A stretch of 64,000 nt of DNA from Octopus bimaculoides (lineage: Eukaryota). Below the pieces are notes generated by a model. It worked only from the letters and a program-made list of their open reading frames with translations, did no database searches and had not been told where the DNA came from. Below, in pieces: positions 14,276-26,559 of this stretch. The stretch spans positions 29,688,355 to 29,752,354 of the forward strand of contig NC_068989.1 in NCBI RefSeq assembly GCF_001194135.2. Direction: 5' to 3'. The position numbers and the translations under genes were made by a program. Each line of letters begins with the position of its first letter. Position 1 is the stretch's first letter.

Positions 14276-14681
14276 GCTTTTAAATTTCAAAACAATGTAA
14301 TAATCAAGTTTTATTCTTAATGTGAATTGAACATTCAATATGAAATTTATATTTACTAGTTGCAACAAATACAATAAAGTTTGTGTAGGTTACAATATAA
14401 CTGGGAATCCTATCCTCTCCAAAACTTTTCAGTAGTTGTATAGGCAGGTAAACAATGAGGACACATGCATACTATGTCATAGATAAATAGAGAGATTGTT
14501 TACATAACTCAGCAAGTCAGTAGCTCAAATAAGCATTTACTAACAGTTCGGTAGGTCATCATACTATTTAGTGTGGATGATATATCCTTCAATTTATTTT
14601 CTATTATCATAAAAAACTTTTTTAAAGAATTAATTTCCCTTAATACTTATTACCAGAAAGAAACAGAAACAATAAAATAAA

Positions 14682-14813
14682 ACATTATTTACATTATTTA
14701 CATTTGACAGATATTTGTCATCTTGTTGTTAACAACAAACAAGATGAGGACAAATATCTGTCAAATGTAAATAATGTACATAATTCCTCATATCTTAAAT
14801 ATAGAACTGTATT
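14682..14813 (+). mobile_element. Fold-back, tail-only copy of the hammerhead-SINE family
   Basis: Inverted arms meet at gttgtt|aacaac (14730/14731). Tail cataattcctcatatcttaaatatagaactgtatt is shared with 36950-36985. TSD aataaaataaa at 14671-14681 and 14814-14824. Confidence 0.85.
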
Positions 14814-15160
14814 AATAAAATAAAAGTTAAATGAACTGCAATTCTAATTTCTTTAATGAAATAAAAACTTCCAGAACTATTTTGAATACTAAATTCACAA
14901 AAATGCAATTTGGAAATTTTAGCTTGTTAAAATAATTTCAAAGTAAAGAGAAGTTAAATATTACTTACTTTCCTCTCAACACACACATCGCAAATTTATA
15001 TAACCTACACACATGACTTGAGTGATTTGGCTACTAGAGCAAGCTGAAGAAACATGTAGAGATTGAATGAAGTGTGATAGTGCTGGTAGTCATATTTTTG
15101 CTATTGTTTATAGGTCAACCCTGATTAAGCAGGCCACTGATCAAAAGTAGTCTGGCCATG

Positions 15161-15162
<2 letters not shown>

Positions 15163-15203
<41 letters not shown>

Positions 15204-15220
15204 GTGCGTGTGCGTGTGTT
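15163..15220. repeat. (GT)n microsatellite
   Basis: Read directly. Confidence 0.95.
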
Positions 15221-15294
15221 TTGGTAGTTTTCTTTACAGGAAAAGTATAATTTGGACTATTTTATATATGTCTTTTTTTTTAAAAAAGGTTGTA

Positions 15295-16030
15295 GTATGA
15301 AGTGACAGACATTTGGCTATTTCTACCAAGTTCGACAATCTCAAAGAAGTTCATTTGTTGACTTTATAGATAGAAGGGCACCCTGGCACACATTATGTCA
15401 GGTTGTAAAACAATACTCACTCAAGGGAGATATAGGTACCACCATGACAAGGTGCTTATGACACTCACTCACACTCTAGAACACCAGATACAACAAAAGA
15501 GGAAAACAACACCATCAACAAATTCCATGAGAGAAAGAGAAAAGCCATTAACAAGAGCAAGGAGAACAACCAGTTTACTACAAGAGACCGTATCACATGA
15601 TATGAAATAGACTTGAGGAAAAGACAGAAGTTTCCACAGGTTGTCAAATAACATTGAGGCCAGACATTTTCTTGTCTAAGAAGACAAACAAAATAGTACT
15701 AATCAACTGTACAGTGCTGTGGAAAGAAGGGTACCTCATGTCAAACATTTGAATGGAAAAGTACCAAGTACTAGGACATTTCATAGGATTGCAGAGAAAG
15801 GATGGTAGGCATACCTATGCCCAGTCAAGGTTCACTGTAGAGAATTCCCTATTCACTCAGTGTGGAGAAATACTTATAGCTATTGGAATAAGAGGGAGCA
15901 AGACAGCTATGTGTGGGATAGGAGAAGCAGCAGCAAGACTCTTGTTAGTTATAGAAGCAAGAAAGGAGGACTAAGATGAAAGCCAAGAGGACAAGATGAA
16001 TATTGATTTGCCCATCACTGCTGAATCACC
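15295..16030 (+). mobile_element. RLE-type LINE (HERO-like), degenerate 3' fragment
   Basis: GTLAHIMSGCKTILTQGRYRYHHDKVL (CCHC knuckle with RH-like motif) and TLRPDIFLSKKTNKIVLI..TV.W (PD..D/E restriction-like endonuclease), with frameshifts. Confidence 0.75.
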
Positions 16031-16197
16031 AACAGAAGAGTGTGTTTCAGGATTGAAATAGCCAATGATCATTGGACACTGTTGGATGACATGATTAGCT
16101 CCTAGTCAAATGCTACATTCACAGTAGGTGAATGAAGGAGTAGCATCTTCCCTTAGATGTCATCTCTCTCTCTCTCTCTCTTATATTTATATATATA

Positions 16198-17786
16198 CAG
16201 TGAAGGGAAATAAATATTCGTACATGTCAAAATTCTTTATTTATTTAATTTCTAATGAACATAAAGGGGATATACCAATACTATATTTGCATACACATGC
16301 ATAATCTAAGAATATGCAAAAGAAACTAATAAATTATAGTAACTAATGAATTTATATACAAATATAAATATTTAGGGGTGAAAAAGGTATTCGTACAGAA
16401 CATAAATAACTGATAATTCTGATTTAATANNNNNNNNNNNNNNNNNNNNNNNNNNNNNNNNNNNNNNNNNNNNNNNNNNNNNNNNNNNNNNNNNNNNNNN
16501 NNNNNNNNNNNNNNNNNNNNNNNNNNNNNNNNNNNNNNNNNNNNNNNNNNNNNNNNNNNNNNNNNNNNNNNNNNNNNNNNNNNNNNNNNNNNNNNNNNNN
16601 NNNNNNNNNNNNNNNNNNNNNNNNNNNNNNNNNNNNNNNNNNNNNNNNNNNNNNNNNNNNNNNNNNNNNNNNNNNNNNNNNNNNNNNNNNNNNNNNNNNN
16701 NNNNNNNNNNNNNNNNNNNNNNNNNNNNNNNNNNNNNNNNNNNNNNNNNNNNNNNNNNNNNNNNNNNNNNNNNNNNNNNNNNNNNNNNNNNNNNNNNNNN
16801 NNNNNNNNNNNNNNNNNNNNNNNNNNNNNNNNNNNNNNNNNNNNNNNNNNNNNNNNNNNNNNNNNNNNNNNNNNNNNNNNNNNNNNNNNNNNNNNNNNNN
16901 NNNNNNNNNNNNNNNNNNNNNNNNNNNNNNNNNNNNNNNNNNNNNNNNNNNNNNNNNNNNNNNNNNNNNNNNNNNNNNNNNNNNNNNNNNNNNNNNNNNN
17001 NNNNNNNNNNNNNNNNNNNNNNNNNNNNNNNNNNNNNNNNNNNNNNNNNNNNNNNNNNNNNNNNNNNNNNNNNNNNNNNNNNNNNNNNNNNNNNNNNNNN
17101 NNNNNNNNNNNNNNNNNNNNNNNNNNNNNNNNNNNNNNNNNNNNNTCCCTGAAGCTAACAAATCTTCTTGCAACTCCTTTCTGGTGATCATTGCATTTTT
17201 TTTTTTCACTTCATTTTTCTTCAAGATCTAGGGGAAATCTTGCATGGTGCACCGGATCTTATTCTGTTTTCAACAGTTCCCGATTTTTTATCTTTCAATA
17301 AATGAAGATATGGTAGAAAATGGAATACAAAGAGTATCTGATATTTTCCTGTAACTTTTACCTGCTTTCCACTGTTCAATAATTAAGTTTTTCACTGAAT
17401 TTGTGAGTTCTTTACTTTTCGCCATTATTACAACACTACTTTATGTTGTCTCAGTGCTGAATGAAGAGGCTAGTGTTTTCACACTTAAAAATGACCACTG
17501 TTAAGATTATTGGAACAAATGACAAAGTTCTAGTAAAAAAAAAAAAATTTTAACAGTATTTTGTGGCATAGAAACTCAAATTTATTCTGTACGAATACTT
17601 TTTTCACCCCTAAATATTTATAATTGTATATAAATTCATTAGTTACTATAATTTATTAGTTTCTTTTGCATATTCTTAGTTTATGCATGTGTATGCAAAT
17701 ATAGTATTGGTATATCCCATTTATGTTCATTAGAAATTAAATAAATAAAGAATTTTGACATGTATGAATATTTATTTCTCCCCACT
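16198..17786 (-). mobile_element. Tc1-like DNA transposon, IR-DR type
   Basis: ~210-bp TIRs (16198-16406, 17581-17786) begin CAGTG and are flanked by TA. Each TIR has an inner and outer direct repeat (..tattcgtaca). Transposase N-terminus starts at ATG 17425: MAKSKELTNSVKNLIIEQWKAGKSYRKISDTL...RSGAP...TRKELQEDL, with stop/frameshift. The catalytic region falls in gap 16430-17145. Confidence 0.92.
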
Positions 17787-17799
17787 GTATGTCTGTATG

Positions 17800-18499
17800 A
17801 GTTAGAGGTTAAGCAACCATCCAAGGGATAGTAAATATCCAATATACTACTGGATGTATACCTACGTATACTATCTTTCTGATCATATCCAGAGAACTGC
17901 ATGCAGTGCATGTCTCCTTGGTTCACATGAGGGGACACATTGTTCATTATCCTAACTAAGTCAGCTCTTATGCTAATTTTCACACAGTGCAACAAGGCAG
18001 AGTTCTTGTGAATACCATATTTGGAAGCTATGGGCTTCATTTAATAGGAGAGGAGGTGTACTTTGTTGTTTATAGTCTCTAACCAAAGTTCAGTATCAAG
18101 GATAGGGAATCTATTGTTAGGGAGCATAGTAGGGTAATTTGTGGTTACCTTGATACTTTGGTGGATGGAGTTAACTATGTGCTGGATGCTCACCATTGCA
18201 CTCCTCTTGGCTTTCTCAGTATTGTCACATGAGGTTGTCCTAACCAGAATATTAATATCATCTATATACCTACAGTATAGTAATACCACTACAGATTGTT
18301 CATCTAGGGACTGTCTGAGTTTTCTGTCCCAACACAGAAATGCCCAGAACTTCATGCGATGCATGCAGTTCTCTGGATATGACCAGAAAGATAGGATTCA
18401 AGTATACAGTGGGACTAGAAAGAAATTAGATAACATCATATCTTATGATGTTAGTGGTACCCCACCCAACTAGATACCAAAGTAAACATTGGAACAGGA
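17800..18499 (-). mobile_element. Penelope-like element RT fragment with an inverted segment
   Basis: Minus strand: LYCRYIDDINI, IHQSIKVTTNYPTMLPNNRFPILDTELW, MKPIASKYGIHKNSAL...DLVRIMNNVS, MQFSGYDQKD. From ~18355 the same family reads on the plus strand. Confidence 0.85.
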
Positions 18500-21400
18500 T
18501 ATAGAGTAGATTATAACTAAACACACATATATTATCATTATCACATTACATTCAATTCGCCATACATTATGTGTTTCATTAACCATCATCTTTTCCTTCA
18601 CATTTCAGGTATACTGAAGACCCTTTTTGTCACTGCTTCAGTCTACATAAATAAAGTGTTGTTGAAAGCAAAGAGATGTCAGACTTATTTATGACAAAAG
18701 GTCAGTTAGCATGGCCAACATACCTTGTCCCACACCTGACTGCACCACGAGTTGGCCTGCAAACACTCTGGTGGTGGTACTGACCCACCTCATTGATCTT
18801 CATAGCGCCACTACTCATCGGACAGCCATGCAACCAGTTGCCCCCGTGAAAGTCTCACCTGAGAAAATCTGCCACCCCATGAAAGTCTCACCTGAGAAGG
18901 TCTGCCACCGTCATCTCTGCAGCTGGAACTAGCAAGGAATGGGCTTACTTTAGAGATGGTCAGACTGCAAACAAGCCATTCGTCTTACAGGTAATGATAT
19001 CTTTCAGCTTTTTGAATGCTGCGATGAGACCCTCAGAAAAGATTTCACACAAACATTCGGCAAGCTGGCCTCCAGCGATGAGCGAACAGTCCTCAGTCAC
19101 ATTAATTCCTTGATTGTCCACCAAGAAAATGTCATCGTCGCTTTTGTGCAAATACAACAGATGTGCCAGGACTGAGACAAACCTGTCAGGGCCTTCGTGC
19201 ACATCTTCAAGGGCAGGCAGGTGTCTGCAACATCAAAATGGAATGCCCCTTGGAGGCCTGCCATGCCACTATTGATTGCAGCAAGGTCATAGTCCGTGAT
19301 GCTCTCAAACGTGGGTTGGAGGATGAAGAGATCTGCCATGACATCCTGGGTGATTCCAAGCAAGACATGACCCTGGAAGAAGCCCCGAGATATGTCAAAG
19401 TTAAAGAAAGCAGAAAACGCTTAGCCAGCCGGCACATGGGCCACAGCACCACCTCAACCACCGTGGCCTCCAGCTCATATAGGCACAGGTGTGGCACCAC
19501 CCGGGCGATAAATCCAGTGAACCCCGTGATACATCCACCCCTACCCCCTGCAGTCACTGTGGAAAACATGGCTATGGACAACATGTACAGAAACACATGA
19601 GGAAATGCCCCGCCACTATGAGTGTCTGCTACCAACAATGCCGTCCCCAGCAACAGGCTCAAACCAATGCAGCTGACATGGAAGACCACACATCTACAAT
19701 ATTCAACAGCCTATGCCTTGTGGTTGACCTCCCTGACAAATCCTCTACCCAAGCAAAAATTCTTGACCACCATGTGTATAATGAACTCTGTGATGCCGAG
19801 GTGAAATGCTCTTCTGACCCCCATCCCTCTGTCACTACCTGTGGAGATCTTCAACAAAACCAGACTGACTTGCCTTGCCACTGACTGGAGCAAAGATGAC
19901 ATTGGCTTCTGGCTGTTCCCCACTTGTCTTTCACAACCAACCGCAGTTATCCGTCACAACACTATGGCAGACACTGGATGCCAGTCATGCCTGGCTGGGA
20001 CAAGTCTCCTAACCAACGTGAGCCTGGACCAGCGCCACCTTATGCCGGTCAACATGGAAATGACTACGGCTAACAGCAACCCCACAGATATCATCAGTGC
20101 CCTGCCCCATCCTCTGCAAAGTGCACGGTCTGTCAAATCATCTACATCACTTCTTCAACTGATAAACGTTTCCTCTCCAAGCAAACCTGTGTTGCCCTCA
20201 GGATGATTCCCCCACCCCACTTCTCCATGATTGGAGAAAGCTGTGAGAATGTTGACACCCCACTAGAAACATCTCCTGCAATGATGACTCAGAATGTATG
20301 TGCCTGCCCCCTACAACAAATACTACCCCCTCCTCCCACTTCACTACCATTCCTGGTCACTGAGGAGAACCGTGGTCGCATGGAGAAGTGGCTGCTAGAA
20401 TACTACAGCTCCAGCACATTCAACATCAACAACTCCCCAGGATGTCTGGCCCACCGATCCACTTAATGGTGGACCCCAGTGCTAAACCAGTCACCCACCA
20501 TATGCCTAAACCGTTTCCTGTTCATTGGCAAGAGGAAATGAAAGCAGGTCTTGACCATGGTGTTCAACTTGGAGTTGTCAAGCCTGTTACCATTGGTAAA
20601 CCTGTTGCCTGGTGCCACAAAATGGTGATATACCCCAAGAAGTCTGGAAAACCTCAATGGAATGTCAATGTTCAGCCCCTCAACTGATATGGAGTCTGTG
20701 AGACTCATCACACCCAATCTCCATTCCACCAAGCCCACTCCATAACGCCCCACTCCCAAAAAACTGTCTTTGACGCTTGGAACAGCTACCACAGCATCGC
20801 CTTCGACAAGAGGGACCGCTACCTGACCACCTTCATCATGCCCCAGGACCACTTCCGCTATTGCATTGCACCACAGAGATACATTGCTTCAGGGGAAGGC
20901 TACAGCAGATGATTCAACGAAATTGTCTCATGTATGCCCCAGAAAACGAAGTGCATCAATGACACCTTGATGTGGTCAAACACCATTGAGGAAGCATTCT
21001 TTCAGGCCGTGGTTCCAACGGCGTCATTCTGAATCCGATTAAGTTCGACTTTGCCCAAACTACCATGGAATTTGCTGGATTTGAGATCATCACTACCACA
21101 GTGTGACCCTGTGCCCAATATCTTGAGGTAATCTGTGACTTTCCCACCCCTAAGAACATCACCGACATCCACAGCTGGTTTGGTCTGATCAACCAAGTCT
21201 CCTATGCCTTCGCTTCTGTTGAACGAATGTTGCCATTCCGGGAACTCAAGCTAGGTACCCGGTTTGTATGAACAGACCAGCTGAATAGGCTCTTTGAGGA
21301 ATCCAAATCATCATCAAGATCCAAAGAGGTGTGGAGATCTTCAACAAAACCAGACCGACTTGCCTTGCCACTGACTTGAGCAAAGATGGCATTGGCTTCT

Positions 21401-23473
21401 GGCTGTTCCAAAAACATTGCGCATGCCTCTCCCCATGTCCCTTTTGATGCAAATCTGGCTGGAAAATCACCCTGGTTGGGAGCTGCTTCACTTCAGCGAC
21501 AGAATCTCGTTATACACTAGTGGAGGGCAAAGCACTGGCAGTTACTGATGCATTGGACAAAGCACACTACTTCACCCTTGGCTGTACCAATCACATTGTC
21601 ACAGTTAACCACAAACCTCTCTTGAAAGTATTTGGTGATCACTGTCTGGACGAAATCCCAAACCCTCAGTTGCACAACCTGAAAGAAAAAAACCGTATGA
21701 TATAATTTCAGCATCATTCATGTACCAGGTGCTCACCATGCAGCAGCTAACACTGTCTCACACCACTCTGTCAGACAGCCTACACCACCAAACGATGTTG
21801 CTGCCATGACCCATTCAACTGAACCACTCAGCCACCCATCTCTCCCACATTTTTTCCTGGCAACCATCCACTGTACCAGAGATGGCAACACTACAACATG
21901 CTTTTACAACAACTACATTTCACTGGTTACCGAGATCGTCCAATTTGTCATATGGGACATGGTCCACACCTCTACTACCAGCAACCTAAGTATGGACCAA
22001 GCTCATGGACACAATTGAGAACAGCTCCCCAGAGGACCATTCCAAAGTCCCCGCCAAAGCTGCAGCAGTACTACCAGTTTCGTGATGAACTCACCAGCTT
22101 CGATGGAGTTATCCTGTATCATAACAGGGTTGTCGTATCTACCTCCCTTCACATGCAGGTCTTCCAGGCATTACACTCAGTGCATCAGGGCATGACAAAA
22201 ATGTGTTCCAGAGCAGAGACATCCTTCTTCTGGCCGGGCATGACCCCAGCTATCATGAAAATGCAGGAACACTGCTCAGCCTGCAACTGAATGGCAGTCT
22301 CACAGAATCACCTCCGTTGCATTTCCCCATGGCAACTGCTGCGCCAATGTCAGTGTCTAAATAATAAAGCACCTCATTACAGACAACACTGATGCTAATG
22401 GTTTCCTCAACACTGACAGTTTCTAGCACGCAATGCTACAATAAAGAAATACACCTGACTGGGACACACACTTGTCACCAGCCATGTGCCTCTTTGGCCG
22501 CCCAATAGAAGACTTTATTCCTATCCATCCTGGCAAGTACCAGTCACACTCCATATGGCAGGAGACTATGAATTCTCACAAAGAAGCCCTGTGTAACTGC
22601 CATATGCATGCTGCCGAATGGTTGTCAGAACACACATGCCCACTTCCATTACTGACTGTGTCCAAATCCAGAAGCAAGTCAAACCCTATCCTACCAAATA
22701 GGACAAAACTGGTGTCATCATAGAGGTATGCCAGTTCGATCAGTACATGGTGAGAGTGGATGGCTCAGGCTGAGTCACACTGCGCAACAGAAAATTCCTC
22801 TGGAAGTATCGACCGGTTGTTCCCCACACACCACTACTCATAGCCCCTGGACAACCTGCATTCCTGACGCCAACACCAATGACAAGACTACCTTCTCAAC
22901 CCAGTTTAATAGCTCCTCATGCAGCTACACCACCGACGCTTCCAGCCTACCCAACTGACACCAAAACAACCACCACGACTCGGAACCCATCTACACTGCC
23001 TACTCCAAGAGCCACACCAACTTCCCCCACCTTATCTACCTCAGGATGTGCCACCAATGGTCGTATCCCAAGAGCCCTTGCTTGATGCAGCTGATCCCCC
23101 TACAGCAATCATCCCATTTGTCACTCTGCCAGACTGGCAAAGAATGACACAAAAGCCTGATGCACAACTGATACATTGCCCCTTGATCGTCACACAATCA
23201 ATATTAATTAACTATCTTTCACACTAATTATCCCATTTCTTTAACCATTTACTACATATTATCAGTCTTCCTTGCTTCCCTCCAAAGACTTGGGGAGGGC
23301 ATAAAGGATTACAACTAAACACACATATATTATCATTTATTACATTACATTCAATTCGCCATACATTATTTGTTTCATTATCCATCGTCTTTTCTTTTAC
23401 ATTTCAGGTACACTGAAGACCCTTTTTGTCATTGCTTCAATCTATGTAAATAAAGAGTTGTGAGACTAATTTA
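18500..23473 (+). mobile_element. Ty3/gypsy LTR retrotransposon (Mag-like), degenerate
   Basis: LTRs ~18500-18696 and ~23300-23473 (about 14 differences in ~150 aligned bp by hand) and PPT ttggggaggg at 23290-23299. Gag from ATG 18711; protease MADTGCQSCLAG; RT PIHLMVDPSAKPV...VFDAWNSYHSI...CINDTL; RNase H CLATDWSKDGIG...VNHKPLLKVF; integrase zinc finger LHSVHQG...CSACN. Many stops and frameshifts. LTR edges are approximate. Confidence 0.95.
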
Positions 23474-23640
23474 CAGAAAATTTGTGACAAAGCAAACAGA
23501 GTGAACGCATGGTACAAGGCTGATAAATATCAAGGTGCAATATTTGTAGTACTATCTGTAAGACCAGGAACATAGTCTACAGAATAAGGCGCATAGAGGG
23601 AGTTTGTAAGGACAGGAACACAGTATACATATGCCTTTGG
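23474..23640 (+). mobile_element. Probable continuation of the Penelope-like segment interrupted by the gypsy element
   Basis: KANRVNAWYKADKYQGAIFV continues the YQSKHWNR frame seen just left of the 5' LTR. Confidence 0.5.
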
Positions 23641-24611
23641 GGTGGGTTTGGGCAGGAAAGTAGCGAAAATATGGGTTTCAAATTTTGGCACTAGGCCAGC
23701 AATTTTGGGGGAAGGGTGGTGTTGGTGTCTGCGCAGTTCTGATTAATTTTAACAGAATGTGTGCAGATAGGTGTTGCCAACAGTCAGTGCGAAAACAACT
23801 GGTTTTGAACGAATATACATTTATTTATTGAGAAAAGGTTGATTTGCCTAATAATGTGGGGCATAGTGTATATCACTTCTATTTTTAATTATTTGAAATC
23901 TTCCTGTAAGGAAGGAACAATTTTCTAACAAAGATACATTCGTTGGAATGAAGATAACAAAATGAATTCACATTTTGAACGTGAGAAAAGTCTTGCATAT
24001 TTCTACTTTTCTACTTACATATAATTGGTAATGTGTGAGAGTTAGCTGGTCGATTTCTTTTTTCTGAAAACAACAGCTTATCCAGATTGTCACTTAAGCA
24101 TCAACTCACAAAACCTAGTGCACCAATTATTATTGGCATGTGAATTTATAAACTGGGTACAAAAGGAATGAATGAATGTATGTATATATGTATGCATGCG
24201 TGTGAGTGTGTGTATGTTTTTGTTTATATTTGGGCTCTACAAAGGCTGCAACTTCTATCAACCAACCTTGCATGCTTCATACCTTTGACAATAAGTGAAA
24301 TAAGAGATCTTAGACTTGAAAGTGAGTAAGAGTTAGTGATAAGAAGGGCATCTGGCTGTTAAACAATGCTTCAATAATAAATTTGTCTATCTAGGGAAAA
24401 ATGGACATAAATATGTATCCTTATATTATTCCTATACAACGCAGCATATATTTGAAAATCTATGCATGTGTACATACATATGCATGTACGTATATTAATA
24501 TTATTAACTGTAACCTGTTTCATGCCACTGAACCTGTGTAATGAATGAAATGCTGGATTGAACAGTGAACAGCCATGAAACTATCTACAATGCACGAGAG
24601 TTTATTAGGTG

Positions 24612-25015
24612 TTACTCTTTTACTCGTTTCAGTCATTTGAATGTGGCCATGCTGGAGCACCGCCTTTAGTCGAGCAAATCGACCCCAGGACTTATTCTTT
24701 GTAAGCCTAGTACCTATTCTATCGGTCTCTTTTGCCAAACCGCTAAGTTACGGAGACCTAAACACACTAGCATCAGTTGTCAAGCGATGTTGGGGGGACA
24801 AACACAGACACACAAACATACACATATATATATATATATACACATATATTCGACGGGCTTCTTTCAATTTCTATCTACCAAATTCACTCACAAGGCTTTG
24901 GTCGGCCCGAGGCTATAGTAGAAGACACTTGCCCAAGGTGCCACGCAGTAGGACTGAACCCGGAACCAGGTGGTTGGTAAGCAAGCTACTTACCACACAG
25001 CCACTCCTACGCCTA
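24612..25015 (-). mobile_element. Family C SINE, full length and well preserved
   Basis: All modules present (tRNA head, CORE-like segment, (AT)n, 3' module) with CpGs retained. Confidence 0.92.
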
Positions 25016-25906
25016 TGTTCATCATTTCTTTTAAAGGACTTTTCTGTTACTAGATTTAAAATAAAATTGAAATATTTACAAAAAAAAAATCAAAGATAAG
25101 ACTGTATATAAAGAGGAAAAGTGAGAGGGAGTAGAAAAAGTGAGGGAGAGATAAAATGGTAACCAGCTAATTGGAAGGGTACTGAATGAAGAATGATATA
25201 CCATAACAAAGCCTTTAGGGCTGTCAAAATTTGTTTATATTGCTTAAGTGTGGAAGATATAGGAAAAGTATTAAAATCAGAAAAAAAATTATCAAAAAAG
25301 TGAAATTCAATTACTAAAAAAAATGTCTAAAGATTAAATATAAAATACCTAGGACTCCATGTAGCTAGATGAACATGAAATAAAGGGAGAAGTCCAGTAA
25401 TAAAGTGTATCCTTAAACTGAAAATAAACTTGGAAGGAAATCAGCATCAAAACTAGAAGTAAAAGGAAATGGGGAAGGAAAAAAAAGGTTATTTGCGCAT
25501 TTGTGTGTGTGTGTGTGTGTATGCATGTGTGTGTGTGCATGCATGTGCATGTGTGTATGTATGTATGTGTGTGTGTGTGAAGTTTGTAGATAGAGATAAA
25601 TAGGTAAACAATAACATAAATGAAAAGACACAAAGGATGAGTCAAAGGTGGACAAATAGCTAATAATGAAATGGGATATTAGATAATTTTATTATATAGA
25701 AGAGAAGCGGATCTGTCTGTCCATCTGTCACATCTATTACAGGGAGGAATCAAAATATACATCACAATGTATTTTTAGAAGAGGAGAAATACAGTGAGAG
25801 AGAAAGAAAGAGAGTGTGTGTGTGTTTGTGTCAGAAAAATAGATATAGATAGATAGGTAGTGTTGTCATCATAGTAATTCACAAGTTTTGATCTAAAGCA
25901 TAGAAA

Positions 25907-25939
<33 letters not shown>

Positions 25940-26029
25940 NNNNNNNNNNNNNNNNNNNNNNNNNNNNNNNNNNNNNNNNNNNNNNNNNNTATATATATAT
26001 ATATATATATGACAATGCCGTCTGATTGG

Positions 26030-26500
26030 CACGAGTGCCAGTGGAACATTAAAAGCACATCCAAGCGTGATTGTTGCCAGTACCTCGGATTGGCTCTCGT
26101 GCCGGTGACGTGTGAAAAGCACCATTCGAGCATGATCGTTGCCAGCGTCGCCTTACCAGCACATGTGCCAGTGGCACATGAAAAACAACATTCGAGCATG
26201 GTTGTTGCCAGTGCCGCCAGACTGGCCTTCATGCCAGTGCTACTTCCTGTGCAGGTAGCACGTAAAAATACCTTTTGAGCGTGAGCGTGGTCGTTGCCAG
26301 AACCGCCTGACTGGCCCTCATGCCGGTGGCACGTAAAAAGCACCCACTACACTCTTGGAGTGGTTGGCATTAGGAAGGGCATCCAGCTGTAGAAACTTTG
26401 CCAGACCAGATTGAGCCTGGTGCAGCCTCTGGCTCACCAGTCCTCAGTCAAACCATCCAACCCATGCCAGCATGGAAAGTGGACGTCAAACAATGATGAT
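26030..26500 (+). mobile_element. RTE 3' UTR fragment with ~65-bp tandem units
   Basis: Reverse-complement homolog of 40291-40790. Ends catggaaagtggacgtcaaacaatgatgat. Confidence 0.85.
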
Positions 26501-26559
26501 ACATACATACATACATACATACATACAAACAAACAAATAAAATAAAATAAACTACTACA

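Noticed and set aside
19207-19689. 160-aa minus-strand ORF and other antisense ORFs over the gypsy and RTE elements
   Set aside because: Shadow frames of TE coding sequence.
26030-26340. Repeat-spacer-like pattern resembling a CRISPR array (also 40465-40790)
   Set aside because: The units are degenerate tandem repeats in an RTE 3' UTR. There are no unique spacers and no cas genes, and the context is eukaryotic.
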